A stretch of 32,000 bases of DNA from Kofleriaceae bacterium (GTDB lineage: Bacteria; Myxococcota_A; Polyangia; Haliangiales; Haliangiaceae): contig DATJXL010000090.1 of assembly GCA_035500135.1 (NCBI GenBank), positions 647-32,646 of the forward strand, given 5' to 3'. Every line of letters begins with the position of its first letter. Within the stretch, counting starts at the first letter, position 1. The notes beneath the pieces are model-generated. The model worked only from the letters and a program-made list of their open reading frames with translations, did not search any database and was not told the origin of the DNA. This document shows, piece by piece, positions 9,924-18,135 of the stretch. The position numbers and the translations under genes were made by a program.

Positions 9924-10721
9924 GTGCTTACGCTAGACTGTCAAGTCGTGTCGAAAAAACGACAACCCCGCCTTCCCGACGGCCCGGTCTGGGTGCGGAC
10001 GTTTCCGGTGACGTTCCTGCACGATCAGACCTCGGAACGCCATCGCCACGACTGGCACCAGCTCACGTACGCGGTGCGGGGCCATCTCGAGGTCGTCACC
10101 GACGACGCGCGCCGGATCGTGCCGGCGGACCGCGCGGTGTGGGTGCCGGCCGGCGTCGAACACGTCGAGGTGATGCGCGCGCCGGTGTCGATGCGTTCGA
10201 TCTACGTCGCGCCGGCGGCGCTGCGCAAGAAGCCCGGCAGCTGCCGCACGATCGCGGTCACGCCGCTCCTGCGCGAGCTCGTGCTTCACGTCTCGCGCAT
10301 CGGCGCGCTCGATCGCCGCGACGGCGAGCAGGCACGGCTCGCCGCGGTGCTGCTCGATCTGCTCGCGATCGCCGAGGACGTGCCGCTCGAGCTGCGCTCG
10401 CCGCGCGATCCCCGCGCGCGCCGGTTCGCCGACCGCGTCGCGGCCGATCCCGGCGACGACACGCCGCTGCCCGAGCTCGCGCGCGCGGTCGGCTCGAGCC
10501 TGCGCACGCTCGAGCGGTGCTTTCTTGCCGACACCGGGCTCACGATCGGCGCGTGGCGCCGGCGCGTGCGGCTGTTCCACGCGGTGCGCCTGCTCGACGC
10601 CGGCCGGCCCGTCACCGAGGTCGCGCTCGACGTCGGCTACGCGACGACGAGCGCGTTCTCGGCGGCATTCACCCGCGAGCTCGGCCGGTCGCCGACCGGG
10701 CGGCGTAGAGTTGCAGCGTGA
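9924..10721 (+). CDS. AraC-family transcriptional regulator with N-terminal cupin domain
   Basis: Cupin segment (HRHDWHQLTYAVRGHLEV). The C-terminal double HTH (LPELARAVGSSLRTLERCF...GYATTSAFSAAFTRELGRSP) is present. The start is uncertain (GTG 9924 or GTG 9948). Confidence 0.85.
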   Translation: MLTLDCQVVSKKRQPRLPDGPVWVRTFPVTFLHDQTSERHRHDWHQLTYAVRGHLEVVTDDARRIVPADRAVWVPAGVEHVEVMRAPVSMRSIYVAPAALRKKPGSCRTIAVTPLLRELVLHVSRIGALDRRDGEQARLAAVLLDLLAIAEDVPLELRSPRDPRARRFADRVAADPGDDTPLPELARAVGSSLRTLERCFLADTGLTIGAWRRRVRLFHAVRLLDAGRPVTEVALDVGYATTSAFSAAFTRELGRSPTGRRRVAA

Positions 10722-11110
10722 GCGAGGAACGCGCGGCCAAGCAGGTGATCGTGATGCGCAAGGATCTCGGCATGCGCAAGGGCAAGATGATCGCGCAAGG
10801 TGCGCACGCGTCGCTCGCGGTCGTGCTCGATCGCGGCGAGATCCGCGATGGCCGCTGCGAGATCGCGCTGTCGCCCGCGCTCGAAGCCTGGCTGGCCGGC
10901 CGGTTCACGAAGGTGTGCGTCGGCGTCGAGTCCGAGGCCGAGCTCGACGCCGTGGTCGCGCGCGCGCGCGCCGCCGGCGTCCCGTGCGCGCTGATCGTCG
11001 ACGCCGGCGTCACCGAGTTTCGCGGCGTGCCGACGAAGACGTGCTGCGCGGTCGGTCCGGCGTGGAGCGACGAGGTCGACGCGATCACGGGTGCGCTGAC
11101 ACTGCTGTGA
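10718..11110 (+). CDS. Peptidyl-tRNA hydrolase, PTH2 family
   Basis: KQVIVMRKDLGMRKGKMIAQGAHAS ... KVCVGVESEAEL ... IVDAGVTEF.GVPTKTCCAVGP ... ITGALTLL matches the Pth2 family pattern. The GTG start overlaps the AraC stop (GTGA). Confidence 0.8.
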   Translation: MSEERAAKQVIVMRKDLGMRKGKMIAQGAHASLAVVLDRGEIRDGRCEIALSPALEAWLAGRFTKVCVGVESEAELDAVVARARAAGVPCALIVDAGVTEFRGVPTKTCCAVGPAWSDEVDAITGALTLL

Positions 11111-12833
11111 ACAGCACGAGCCAGCGCTGCGCCGCCGCGTGGACCTCGTCCGCGGGCGCGCCGACGTCGATGTCGACCGCGTCGCCGGTGATCCGCTGCA
11201 GCGCGCGCTTCGCGAAGTAGCGCACGAGCGGATACTCGTGCCACAGCATCGGCACGAGCGCGGCGATCGCGTCGCGCTGGTTGAAGTCGGCGAGCGTCAC
11301 GATCGCGACCGCCTGCTCGTGCGGCTTGCCGCGCTCGAGCGTCGCACGGATCGCGTTGACGGCGAGGTCGGCGCCGTACAGTCGCTGCACCGCGGCGCGA
11401 TCGTAGTGCTTGCTCCACCACGTCTCCATCGTCGTCAGCAACGACTCGACCGACTTGTCGACGTGGCACAGCGCGCACTCGAGCGGGCGATCGCGCTCGA
11501 CGCGGTTCGCATCGGTCGGCGAGCCGATGCGGTGGTAGCGATTCAACACGTAGTCGAGGCCCATGTTCTTCTTTGCCATGTGGCACGCGATGCAGCCGAC
11601 GGTCTGATGATGCGTGTGCTCGGCGCCGTGGCCGGCGTGGCACTTCTGGCAGAGCGCGTCGCCGGCGGTCGTCGCGAGCTGGGCGAGCTTCGCCGGCGAG
11701 TCCTCGGTGTGCGGATCGTGACACGCGGTGCACGCCATCTGCGATGCACAGCCGCCGAGCTGGTAGTCGCGGCCTTCGCCCGAGCTGATCGACGAGCCGC
11801 CCGGATCTCGCGCGCGTCGCTCGCCGCCCTCCCACGTCCACGGGTAGCGCGAGAACAGCACGGTGTGGCACTTCGCGCAGGTGTGGTTGATCCACTGCGC
11901 GCGCGTCCCGGTCTCGCCGCGCGGCGGCTCGAGGCCGACGAGCGAGCTCTTCGCCTCGAACGCGGGCAGCACCTCGGGCTTGGCGGCGTGCGCGCGCGAG
12001 CCGTTGTGGCAGGCCTCGCAGCCGATGCCGAGCTCGACGAGCTTGTCGCCGTCGAGCCGCTTCTCCATCGTGGTCGCGGCCGCGGCGAGCGTCGCGCGCA
12101 GGCCGTCGTCGCCGGGAGGTTGACCGCCGAGGAAGCCGATCTCGTCGTCGAGCGCGTGTGCGAGGCCGCGCTCGTCGAGCGCGTGCGCGCTCCACGTCTT
12201 GTCGTGCGGCAAGATCCGGTCCTGCATCTTGCCCTGGTAGGGCGGCAGCGTCGGCCCGTACAGCTCGTCGTAGAGCATCGTGACGAGCGGCAGCGTGTTG
12301 TGGCAGCCGATGCATTCCTTCGCCCACTCGCCGTTCCACGCCATGCGCGGCCGCTCCTTCACCATCACCGAGTAGCCCTTGTAGCGCCACGACTTCGCGG
12401 CGAACACATACGTCATCGGCAGCACGAACTCGGTCGCGCCGCCCGCGGTGTCGACGCCGACGAAGTCCTCGCGGTAGCGCCCGCCGACGACCTTCGTGAC
12501 GCGGAACCGCTTGTCGCCGGCCGGCGAATGCAGCGTGATGTAGCGCTCGCCGTTCTCGGTCTCGGCCGTGCTCGTGTCGCTGCCGACGTGCAGCGTGGCG
12601 CCATCGAACGGCGCGCGGATCGCCGCGGTCTTCGCGTCGCGCGTCATGTTGCGCATCGGCGACGCAGCCCACGCGCTGTAGACCTGGCCGTGACAGTCGC
12701 TGCACGCCGGCGAGCCGGCATAGTCGGCACGCAGCACGTTGCTGGCGAGCCCCGGACTGGGCGCCGGCTCGCGGGCAGGCGCACCGGGCGCACCGCACGC
12801 CGCGAGCACGAGGAGCCAGCGGGTGATCCGCAC
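11085..12833 (-). CDS. Multiheme (8 x CxxCH) c-type cytochrome lipoprotein with HEAT-like C-terminal segment
   Basis: Signal MRITRWLLVLAACG. Eight CxxCH motifs: CSDCH, CIGCH, CEACH, CAKCH, CTACH, CQKCH, CIACH, CALCH. The C-terminus (LVPMLWHEYPLVRYFAKRALQRI) is HEAT-repeat-like. Confidence 0.85.
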   Translation of the reverse strand: MRITRWLLVLAACGAPGAPAREPAPSPGLASNVLRADYAGSPACSDCHGQVYSAWAASPMRNMTRDAKTAAIRAPFDGATLHVGSDTSTAETENGERYITLHSPAGDKRFRVTKVVGGRYREDFVGVDTAGGATEFVLPMTYVFAAKSWRYKGYSVMVKERPRMAWNGEWAKECIGCHNTLPLVTMLYDELYGPTLPPYQGKMQDRILPHDKTWSAHALDERGLAHALDDEIGFLGGQPPGDDGLRATLAAAATTMEKRLDGDKLVELGIGCEACHNGSRAHAAKPEVLPAFEAKSSLVGLEPPRGETGTRAQWINHTCAKCHTVLFSRYPWTWEGGERRARDPGGSSISSGEGRDYQLGGCASQMACTACHDPHTEDSPAKLAQLATTAGDALCQKCHAGHGAEHTHHQTVGCIACHMAKKNMGLDYVLNRYHRIGSPTDANRVERDRPLECALCHVDKSVESLLTTMETWWSKHYDRAAVQRLYGADLAVNAIRATLERGKPHEQAVAIVTLADFNQRDAIAALVPMLWHEYPLVRYFAKRALQRITGDAVDIDVGAPADEVHAAAQRWLVLFTAVSAHP

Positions 12834-12842
12834 GCGTGCATT

Positions 12843-13469
12843 CTAGCCGGTCCGGCGAAACCGGTGCGTCTCGAGCACGCCCTCGGCCGCGAGCGCGGCC
12901 TGCACGCCGGGCCGATCCTGGACCTTGAGGTAATACGCGTCGAGGTTCGGCCACACCTGGCGATCGATCTCGAAGCGCTCGCACCAGCGCAGCATGACGA
13001 ACAGGTAGCAGTCCGCGACCGAGAACGTCTCGCCGTCGAGGTAGCCGCGGTCGACCATCACGCGTTCGAGATACTCGAGCTGCTGCGCGATCTCGGCGCG
13101 CGCGCGCACCGCGGTCACGGGCGGCGTGTCGGGCACGAACAGCGGCTCGTACGTCTTGTCGAGCCGGGCGAGAAACGCCAGCCACTCCTGCACGCGATAG
13201 CGATCGACCGTCGCGTTCGGTGGCGCCAGCCCGCGGGCCGGTGCGAGATCCGCGATGATCTGGAGCACGACGGGGGATTCCGTCCACAGCTTGCCGTCGA
13301 CATCGAGCGCCGGCACCGAGCCTTTCTCGTTGATCAGCAAGTAGTCCTGGCCGGCCGCGGTGCGATTCGCCTTGAGATCGACGCGGTCGAGCTCGAATTC
13401 CTGCCCGGCTTCGCGCAGCGCGACATGCGCCGCGAGCGAGCTCGCGCCGGGTGAGTAGTACAGCTTCAT
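12843..13469 (-). CDS. Glutathione S-transferase (bacterial beta-class-like)
   Basis: MKLYYSPGASSLAAHVALREAG...KGSVPAL... is typical of GST N- and C-terminal domains. The SD AGGAGG (complement of 13474-13479) lies 4 nt from the ATG (complement of 13467-13469). The rest of the 12843..14249 ORF is a non-coding extension. Confidence 0.9.
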   Translation of the reverse strand: MKLYYSPGASSLAAHVALREAGQEFELDRVDLKANRTAAGQDYLLINEKGSVPALDVDGKLWTESPVVLQIIADLAPARGLAPPNATVDRYRVQEWLAFLARLDKTYEPLFVPDTPPVTAVRARAEIAQQLEYLERVMVDRGYLDGETFSVADCYLFVMLRWCERFEIDRQVWPNLDAYYLKVQDRPGVQAALAAEGVLETHRFRRTG

Positions 13470-13618
13470 ACGGCCTCCTGATCGCGGTTCGAGCATCGGC
13501 CGTGCCGCGCGCGCACGTGTCACCAGCGCACGGCGTGCACTCGCGGCGCGCTCTCGTCCCCGGCGCCGCGTGGAGGTGATTCTCCGATCCCGGCACGCAC
13601 GCTGCAGCACGCCATGCC

Positions 13619-14143
13619 ATGCCCACCGCGAACGAGAGCGATCGCCAGCGCTTGCTCGGCAAGCTGGTACGCGAGCTCTTGCGCTCCGAAGCGCGCGCGG
13701 CCGAGCACGCCGGCCGCGAGGCGCGCCGCATCGGCGAGACGCCTCCCGTGCTCGCGCTGCGCGAGGTCGGCGTGCACGCGACCGGTGCACGCCCTCGCCT
13801 GCAGCACGCGCTGACCGCCCACCGCCTACCCGGCACGGCGCACGGTTTCGGCGCCACCCTCGGCACGCTGCGCGACCTCGTCGTCGACCGCGTCCAGGAC
13901 GCCGAGCGCGCGTTTCGCGGCGCGCTGCTCGACCTCCGGCACGGGCTCGATATCGTGCGCGTCCTGCGCGAGGTGGCGCGCCTCGAAGAGCAGTTCGCGC
14001 TGATTCGCTGGTGCGACGACTGGCTGCCCGCACGGCGCACGCTGGTCGCGCGCGTCGCAGCACAGCTCGCGTGGTTCGCCGATGCGCCGAAGCCTGGCAT
14101 CGCCGCGGAACCCGAGGCCGGTCCGACCGATCGCGGCGCGTGA
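13619..14143 (+). CDS. Hypothetical protein (174 aa, predicted helical)
   Basis: ATG start. GC3 is about 90 percent by eye across the ORF. No motif recognised. Confidence 0.55.
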   Translation: MPTANESDRQRLLGKLVRELLRSEARAAEHAGREARRIGETPPVLALREVGVHATGARPRLQHALTAHRLPGTAHGFGATLGTLRDLVVDRVQDAERAFRGALLDLRHGLDIVRVLREVARLEEQFALIRWCDDWLPARRTLVARVAAQLAWFADAPKPGIAAEPEAGPTDRGA

Positions 14144-14175
14144 GCGTGGCACGTCGATCGCAACACCTGGGGTCG

Positions 14176-14306
14176 GGCACGACCAGGAACGAAACACGTA
14201 AAATCGGCCAAAACCCGAACGTGACGTTCGATCGCGGCGACGAGGTCACGCGAAGCGGTGATCCACGATGGCGAGGTCACGGAGGATCCCGCATCCTGGT
14301 CGTGCC
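14176..14306 (+). other. 13-nt inverted repeat pair flanking a 105-nt AT-richer spacer, followed by a T-rich tract. It is a candidate structured RNA or long-stem terminator.
   Basis: GGCACGACCAGGA at 14176-14188 is the exact reverse complement of TCCTGGTCGTGCC at 14294-14306. Immediately downstream is TTCTTGTTTCTTTTT (14307-14321). A local AGGAT-cccgc-ATCCT hairpin lies at 14283-14297. Confidence 0.4.
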
Positions 14307-14328
14307 TTCTTGTTTCTTTTTCGGCCGC

Positions 14329-14358
14329 TTGGATACTTGCTACTCAAAGCAGTATAAT
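14329..14358 (+). promoter_or_regulatory. Sigma70-like promoter candidate upstream of the ClC gene
   Basis: TTGGAT (14329-14334), an 18-nt spacer, then consensus TATAAT (14353-14358), in an otherwise GC-rich genome. It lies ~95 nt upstream of ATG 14454. Confidence 0.35.
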
Positions 14359-14453
14359 GCGCGGCCGGAGGTGCGTTCGTTCGTGGGCAGAGCCTGATCG
14401 ACCGCGCGATCGAGCTGTACAAGCGCAGCTACGACGCGTGGCTGCGCGCGCGC

Positions 14454-16244
14454 ATGCTGCTCGTCCCGACCGAGCGGCAGCGGCTGTTCGGCCTGACGAT
14501 CGCGATCGGCGGCGCGTGCGGCGTCGCCGCCGTGTGGTTCCACCTCTCGATCCAGTACCTCGAGACGCGCACGATCGAGCGCGCGCTGTCGGCCGACGAT
14601 TACGGCTGGATCTACTGGACGCTGATCGTGCCGACGCTGGGGGGCCTCCTGTCGGGACTCCTCCTCTACTACGTCGTGCCCAACGCGCGGGGCAGCGGTA
14701 TCCCCCAGGTGAAGGTCGCCTATGCCGCGAAGGGCGGCCGGCTGCGCGTGCGCGACTCGGTGGGCAAGTTCGTGATCGGCACGCTGCAGATCGGCACCGG
14801 CTCGTCGCTCGGCCGCGAGGGACCGACCGTCCAGATCTGCGCCGGCGTCGCGAGCGGGCTCGCGAGGCTCGCCGGCATCTCGCAGCGCAACGCGCGGCGG
14901 TTGATACCGGTCGGCGCCGCGGCCGGCATCGCGGCCGCGTTCAACGCGCCGATCGCCGCGGTGACGTTCACGATCGAAGAGGTCGTCGGCACCCTCGACC
15001 AGACGCTGCTGTCGGGCGTGATCGTCGCGGCGGCGCTCGCCGCCGTCGTCGAGCGCAGCGTGCTGGGCCGCCATCCCGTGTTCTCGCTCCAGCACACGGC
15101 CGATCAGTTCGGCGTCGATTCGGCGCAGTCGCTGCTGCTCTACGCCGCACTCGGGATCGCGGCCGCGTTCGTCTCGATCGCGTTCACCGAGGGCCTGCTG
15201 GGGCTGCGCAAGTACTTCCGCGACGTCGCGCGCCTGCCGAAGTGGGCGCAGCCGGCCGCCGGCGCGCTGCTCACCGGCGGGCTCGCCGTGGCGGCGCTCG
15301 GCTGGCTGCACTCGCGCGGGGTCACCGGCGGCGGCTACGATACGGCGCGCGCCGCGCTCGACGGCGAGGTCGCGGTCAAGGTCGCGCTCGCGCTGTGCGG
15401 CATGAAGCTGGTCGCGACCGTGTGCTCGTATGCGAGCGGCGGCGCCGGCGGCATCTTCGCGCCGTCGCTGTTCATCGGCGGCATGCTCGGCGTCGGGTTC
15501 GGCTCGGCCGACGTGTGGATGTTCGGCGACTCGCACGCCGCGGTCGGCTCGTTCGCGCTCGTCGGCATGGGGGCGGTGTTCGCCGGCATCATTCGCGCGC
15601 CGATCACCTCGGTCCTCATCATCATCGAGATGACGAACGGCTACTCGTTGATCCTCCCGCTCATGATCGCGAACATGACCGCGTACGGCCTCGCGCGCCG
15701 GCTGCGTCCGACGCCGATCTACGAGGCCTTGCTCGAGCAGGACGGCATCAAGCTCGCGCAGCACGCGGCCGCCCCCGACGGCCTCGACGCGATGTCGCTC
15801 GAGGAGTTTGCCGGCGTCAACCACGACTTCGTGTCGTTCTTCCCGTCGCTGACGGGCGCCAAGCTGGTCAAGGACTCGGAAGCGGCGGACCGCCAGGAGG
15901 TCTTCCCGGTCCTCGATGCCGACGAGCGGCTCGTCGGCATCATCACGCTCGAGGATCTCGCCCTGCTCGCCGCCGAGCCCGACCTCCAGAACGGACTGGT
16001 CACCGCCGTCGACGTCATGCGACCGCCGATCGCGATCGTCGAGACCGAGACCGTGCGCGCGGCGTTCGACCTGCTCGTCTCGCACGACCTGCGCGAGCTC
16101 CCGGTCATCGACGACGAACAGCGCGTCGTCGGCATGATCGACGAGGTCGCGCTTGCCCACGCCTACATGCGCGCGCGCCAGCCCCGCACCGGCGGTGCGC
16201 CTCGCTCCAGCGACAGCCAGATCTTGCCCGACGACATCCAGTGA
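14454..16244 (+). CDS. ClC-family chloride channel / H+-Cl- antiporter with C-terminal CBS pair
   Basis: ClC selectivity motifs GSGIPQVK, GREGPTVQ and GGIFAPSLFIG. The C-terminal ~150 aa has two CBS-like repeats (PVLDADERLVGIITLEDL; LPVIDDEQRVVGMIDEVAL). The frame is open upstream to 14358, but ATG 14454 is the only ATG/GTG/TTG start in that stretch. Confidence 0.92.
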   Translation: MLLVPTERQRLFGLTIAIGGACGVAAVWFHLSIQYLETRTIERALSADDYGWIYWTLIVPTLGGLLSGLLLYYVVPNARGSGIPQVKVAYAAKGGRLRVRDSVGKFVIGTLQIGTGSSLGREGPTVQICAGVASGLARLAGISQRNARRLIPVGAAAGIAAAFNAPIAAVTFTIEEVVGTLDQTLLSGVIVAAALAAVVERSVLGRHPVFSLQHTADQFGVDSAQSLLLYAALGIAAAFVSIAFTEGLLGLRKYFRDVARLPKWAQPAAGALLTGGLAVAALGWLHSRGVTGGGYDTARAALDGEVAVKVALALCGMKLVATVCSYASGGAGGIFAPSLFIGGMLGVGFGSADVWMFGDSHAAVGSFALVGMGAVFAGIIRAPITSVLIIIEMTNGYSLILPLMIANMTAYGLARRLRPTPIYEALLEQDGIKLAQHAAAPDGLDAMSLEEFAGVNHDFVSFFPSLTGAKLVKDSEAADRQEVFPVLDADERLVGIITLEDLALLAAEPDLQNGLVTAVDVMRPPIAIVETETVRAAFDLLVSHDLRELPVIDDEQRVVGMIDEVALAHAYMRARQPRTGGAPRSSDSQILPDDIQ

Positions 16245-16246
16245 TG

Positions 16247-16270
16247 GGCGTCTGTCATCTGGCCGACGCC
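16247..16270. terminator. Weak hairpin between the convergent ClC and GH15 genes
   Basis: GGCGTC (16247-16252), a 12-nt loop, then GACGCC (16265-16270). There is no U-tract, so this is only a candidate. Confidence 0.2.
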
Positions 16271-16290
16271 TGACGTGCGAAGCCCGGATT

Positions 16291-18090
16291 TCACACCCAC
16301 GCCCGCACCCGGCCATCGCGCACGTCGGCGAGCGCGCCGATCGTCATCGCGGCGTGGATGAGGCCGACGTGCGTGTACGCCTGCGGGAAGTTGCCGAGCA
16401 GCGCGCCGGTTTCGGGCTCGATGTCCTCGGAGAACAGCCCGAGCGGGTTGGCGTGGCGCACGACACGATCGAACACCGCGATCGCCTCCTCGAGGCGCCC
16501 CGCGAGCGCGAGCGCCTCGGCCCACCAGAACGAGCAGATCGTGAACGCGCTGGTCGTCTCGCCGAAGTCGTCGAGGTTCGTGTAGCGCATCATCAGACCG
16601 TGACGCGTCATGCGGCGCGCGTAATCGTCGAGCGTCGACAGGAAGCGCGGGTCGCGGGCGTCGACGATGCCGATCGTCGGCAAGAGCAGATTCGACGCGT
16701 CGCCGCTCTCGCTCTCGAACGACTGTGTGAAGCAGCCGTGCACGACCGAGAACCCGCGCTCGAGCACGATGCGCCGCTCCTCGAGCGCGATCTCGCGCCA
16801 GCGCGCCGCGAAGTCGTGCTTGCCGAACTGCGCCGCGATCGTCGCGCCGCGATCGATCGCGGCCCAACACATCGCACGGGAGAACGTGTAGTGGCGCGGC
16901 AGCGAGCGAAACTCCCAGATGCTGGTGTCGGTGAGCGGCGCGAGCGCGATCGCTTGCTCGACGAGCCGCTCGACGATCGGGAAGAACGCGTGCGGCTCGT
17001 CGATCACGATGCGCGGATCCGACAGCACGGTCTCGAGGCACAGGATCATCTCGCCGTTGAGATCGTTCTGCTGCTGGTCGGCCGCCGCGTTGCCGATCCG
17101 CACCGGCCCGGTGCCGGCGAAGCCGCGCCAGTGGTCGAGCACGTGCTCGGTCAGCTCGCGCTCGCCGGCGATCCCGTACAGCGGCTGCAGCGGCGCGCGC
17201 TCGGCGACGTCGCGCAGAAAGCCGATGAACTGCTCGCCCTCGTTCAGATGCGACAGCCGGCGCAGCGCCTCGACCGTGAACGCGGCGTCGCGCAGCCAGC
17301 AGTAGCGATAGTCCCACGTGCGCGGCGTGGCGAGCGCCTCGGGGATGCTCGTCGTCGCCGCGGCGATGATCGCGCCGGTGTCGACGTAGGCGTGCAGCTT
17401 CAGGCACAGCGCCGAGCGCAGCACGTGCTCCGGCGCGAAGCTCGGCAGCGCGCACGTCTTCGCCCACAGCCGCCAGCCCCGCACGGTCTCCTCGAGGTCG
17501 AAGCTGACGTCGTTGAGCGTCGGGGCGCCGTGGCGGTTGCCGTAGCACAGCACGAAGTACAGCGTGCTGCGCACGGTGATCTCGAGCCGCCGGCAGATCT
17601 GGTCGCCGGGCACGTTCGAAAACAGATGGAGCGGCGCACCGGCATCGAGCACCTCGACGCCGCGCGCGGTCGCGATCGCCTGGCCGGGCTTGCGGCCGTA
17701 ATCGGGCCGCGGATCGAACTCGATCGTGATGCGGGGTGTGCCCGCGATCGGGCGCACGACGCGGACCAGCTCGTGCGGCGCGTCGACCGTCGCGCCGCCG
17801 CGATAGACGCGCGGTGCGAAGTCGATGATCTCGACGCCGCTGTCGCCGGCGACGAGCTCGGTGCGCAGCACGTTCGTGTTCGGCACGTACGCGGAGCGGC
17901 CGACGTGGCGCTGGCCGCCGAGCAAGAACCGGAACACGCCGCCGCGCTCCTCGTCGAGCAGCGCGCCGAACAGCGACGGCGAATCGAACCGCGGCAGGCA
18001 CAGCCATTCGATCCCCGAATCGGGCGCGACCAGCGCGAGCACGCGGCCGTTTCCGATCACGCCGTGGTCGAGCCGTGCGGTCACTCGCAA
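16291..18090 (-). CDS. Glycoside hydrolase family 15 (glucoamylase/trehalase-like)
   Basis: 599 aa. N-terminus HGVIGNGRVLALVAPDSGIEWLCLPRFDSPSLF. YRYCWLRDAAF and FSEDIEPETGALLGNFPQAYTHVGLI are characteristic of bacterial GH15 proteins. Confidence 0.85.
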   Translation of the reverse strand: MRVTARLDHGVIGNGRVLALVAPDSGIEWLCLPRFDSPSLFGALLDEERGGVFRFLLGGQRHVGRSAYVPNTNVLRTELVAGDSGVEIIDFAPRVYRGGATVDAPHELVRVVRPIAGTPRITIEFDPRPDYGRKPGQAIATARGVEVLDAGAPLHLFSNVPGDQICRRLEITVRSTLYFVLCYGNRHGAPTLNDVSFDLEETVRGWRLWAKTCALPSFAPEHVLRSALCLKLHAYVDTGAIIAAATTSIPEALATPRTWDYRYCWLRDAAFTVEALRRLSHLNEGEQFIGFLRDVAERAPLQPLYGIAGERELTEHVLDHWRGFAGTGPVRIGNAAADQQQNDLNGEMILCLETVLSDPRIVIDEPHAFFPIVERLVEQAIALAPLTDTSIWEFRSLPRHYTFSRAMCWAAIDRGATIAAQFGKHDFAARWREIALEERRIVLERGFSVVHGCFTQSFESESGDASNLLLPTIGIVDARDPRFLSTLDDYARRMTRHGLMMRYTNLDDFGETTSAFTICSFWWAEALALAGRLEEAIAVFDRVVRHANPLGLFSEDIEPETGALLGNFPQAYTHVGLIHAAMTIGALADVRDGRVRAWV

Positions 18091-18135
18091 GGCTAGCGCG
18101 CGTGCTTGGGCGGCGCGGCCAGCGATAGGCGCACC

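Noticed and set aside
13470-13618. tRNA-like GGTTCGAGC sequence (around 13477-13485) in the GST/hypothetical divergent intergenic region
   Set aside because: The flanking bases do not form a T-stem, and no acceptor or anticodon arms can be drawn. It most likely just overlaps the promoter region.
10669-14280. 1203-aa ORF on the minus strand
   Set aside because: The translation is extremely Arg/Ala/Pro/Ser-rich and low-complexity. It runs across the Pth2, cytochrome, GST and hypothetical genes, each of which has clear motifs in another frame or strand. It is a typical shadow ORF of high-GC DNA.
14359-14453. Fluoride (crcB-type) riboswitch in the leader of the ClC gene
   Set aside because: I could not find the conserved crcB-motif core or pseudoknot-forming segments by eye. 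The channel has the standard chloride-type GSGIP/GREGP/GxFxP motifs and a CBS pair rather than features of the fluoride-specific clade. A covariance-model scan would settle it.
14258-16316. 671-aa plus-strand and 658-aa minus-strand ORFs overlapping the ClC gene
   Set aside because: The ClC frame has canonical channel motifs. The alternatives are Arg-rich, have no hydrophobic segments and have poor codon-position GC patterns.
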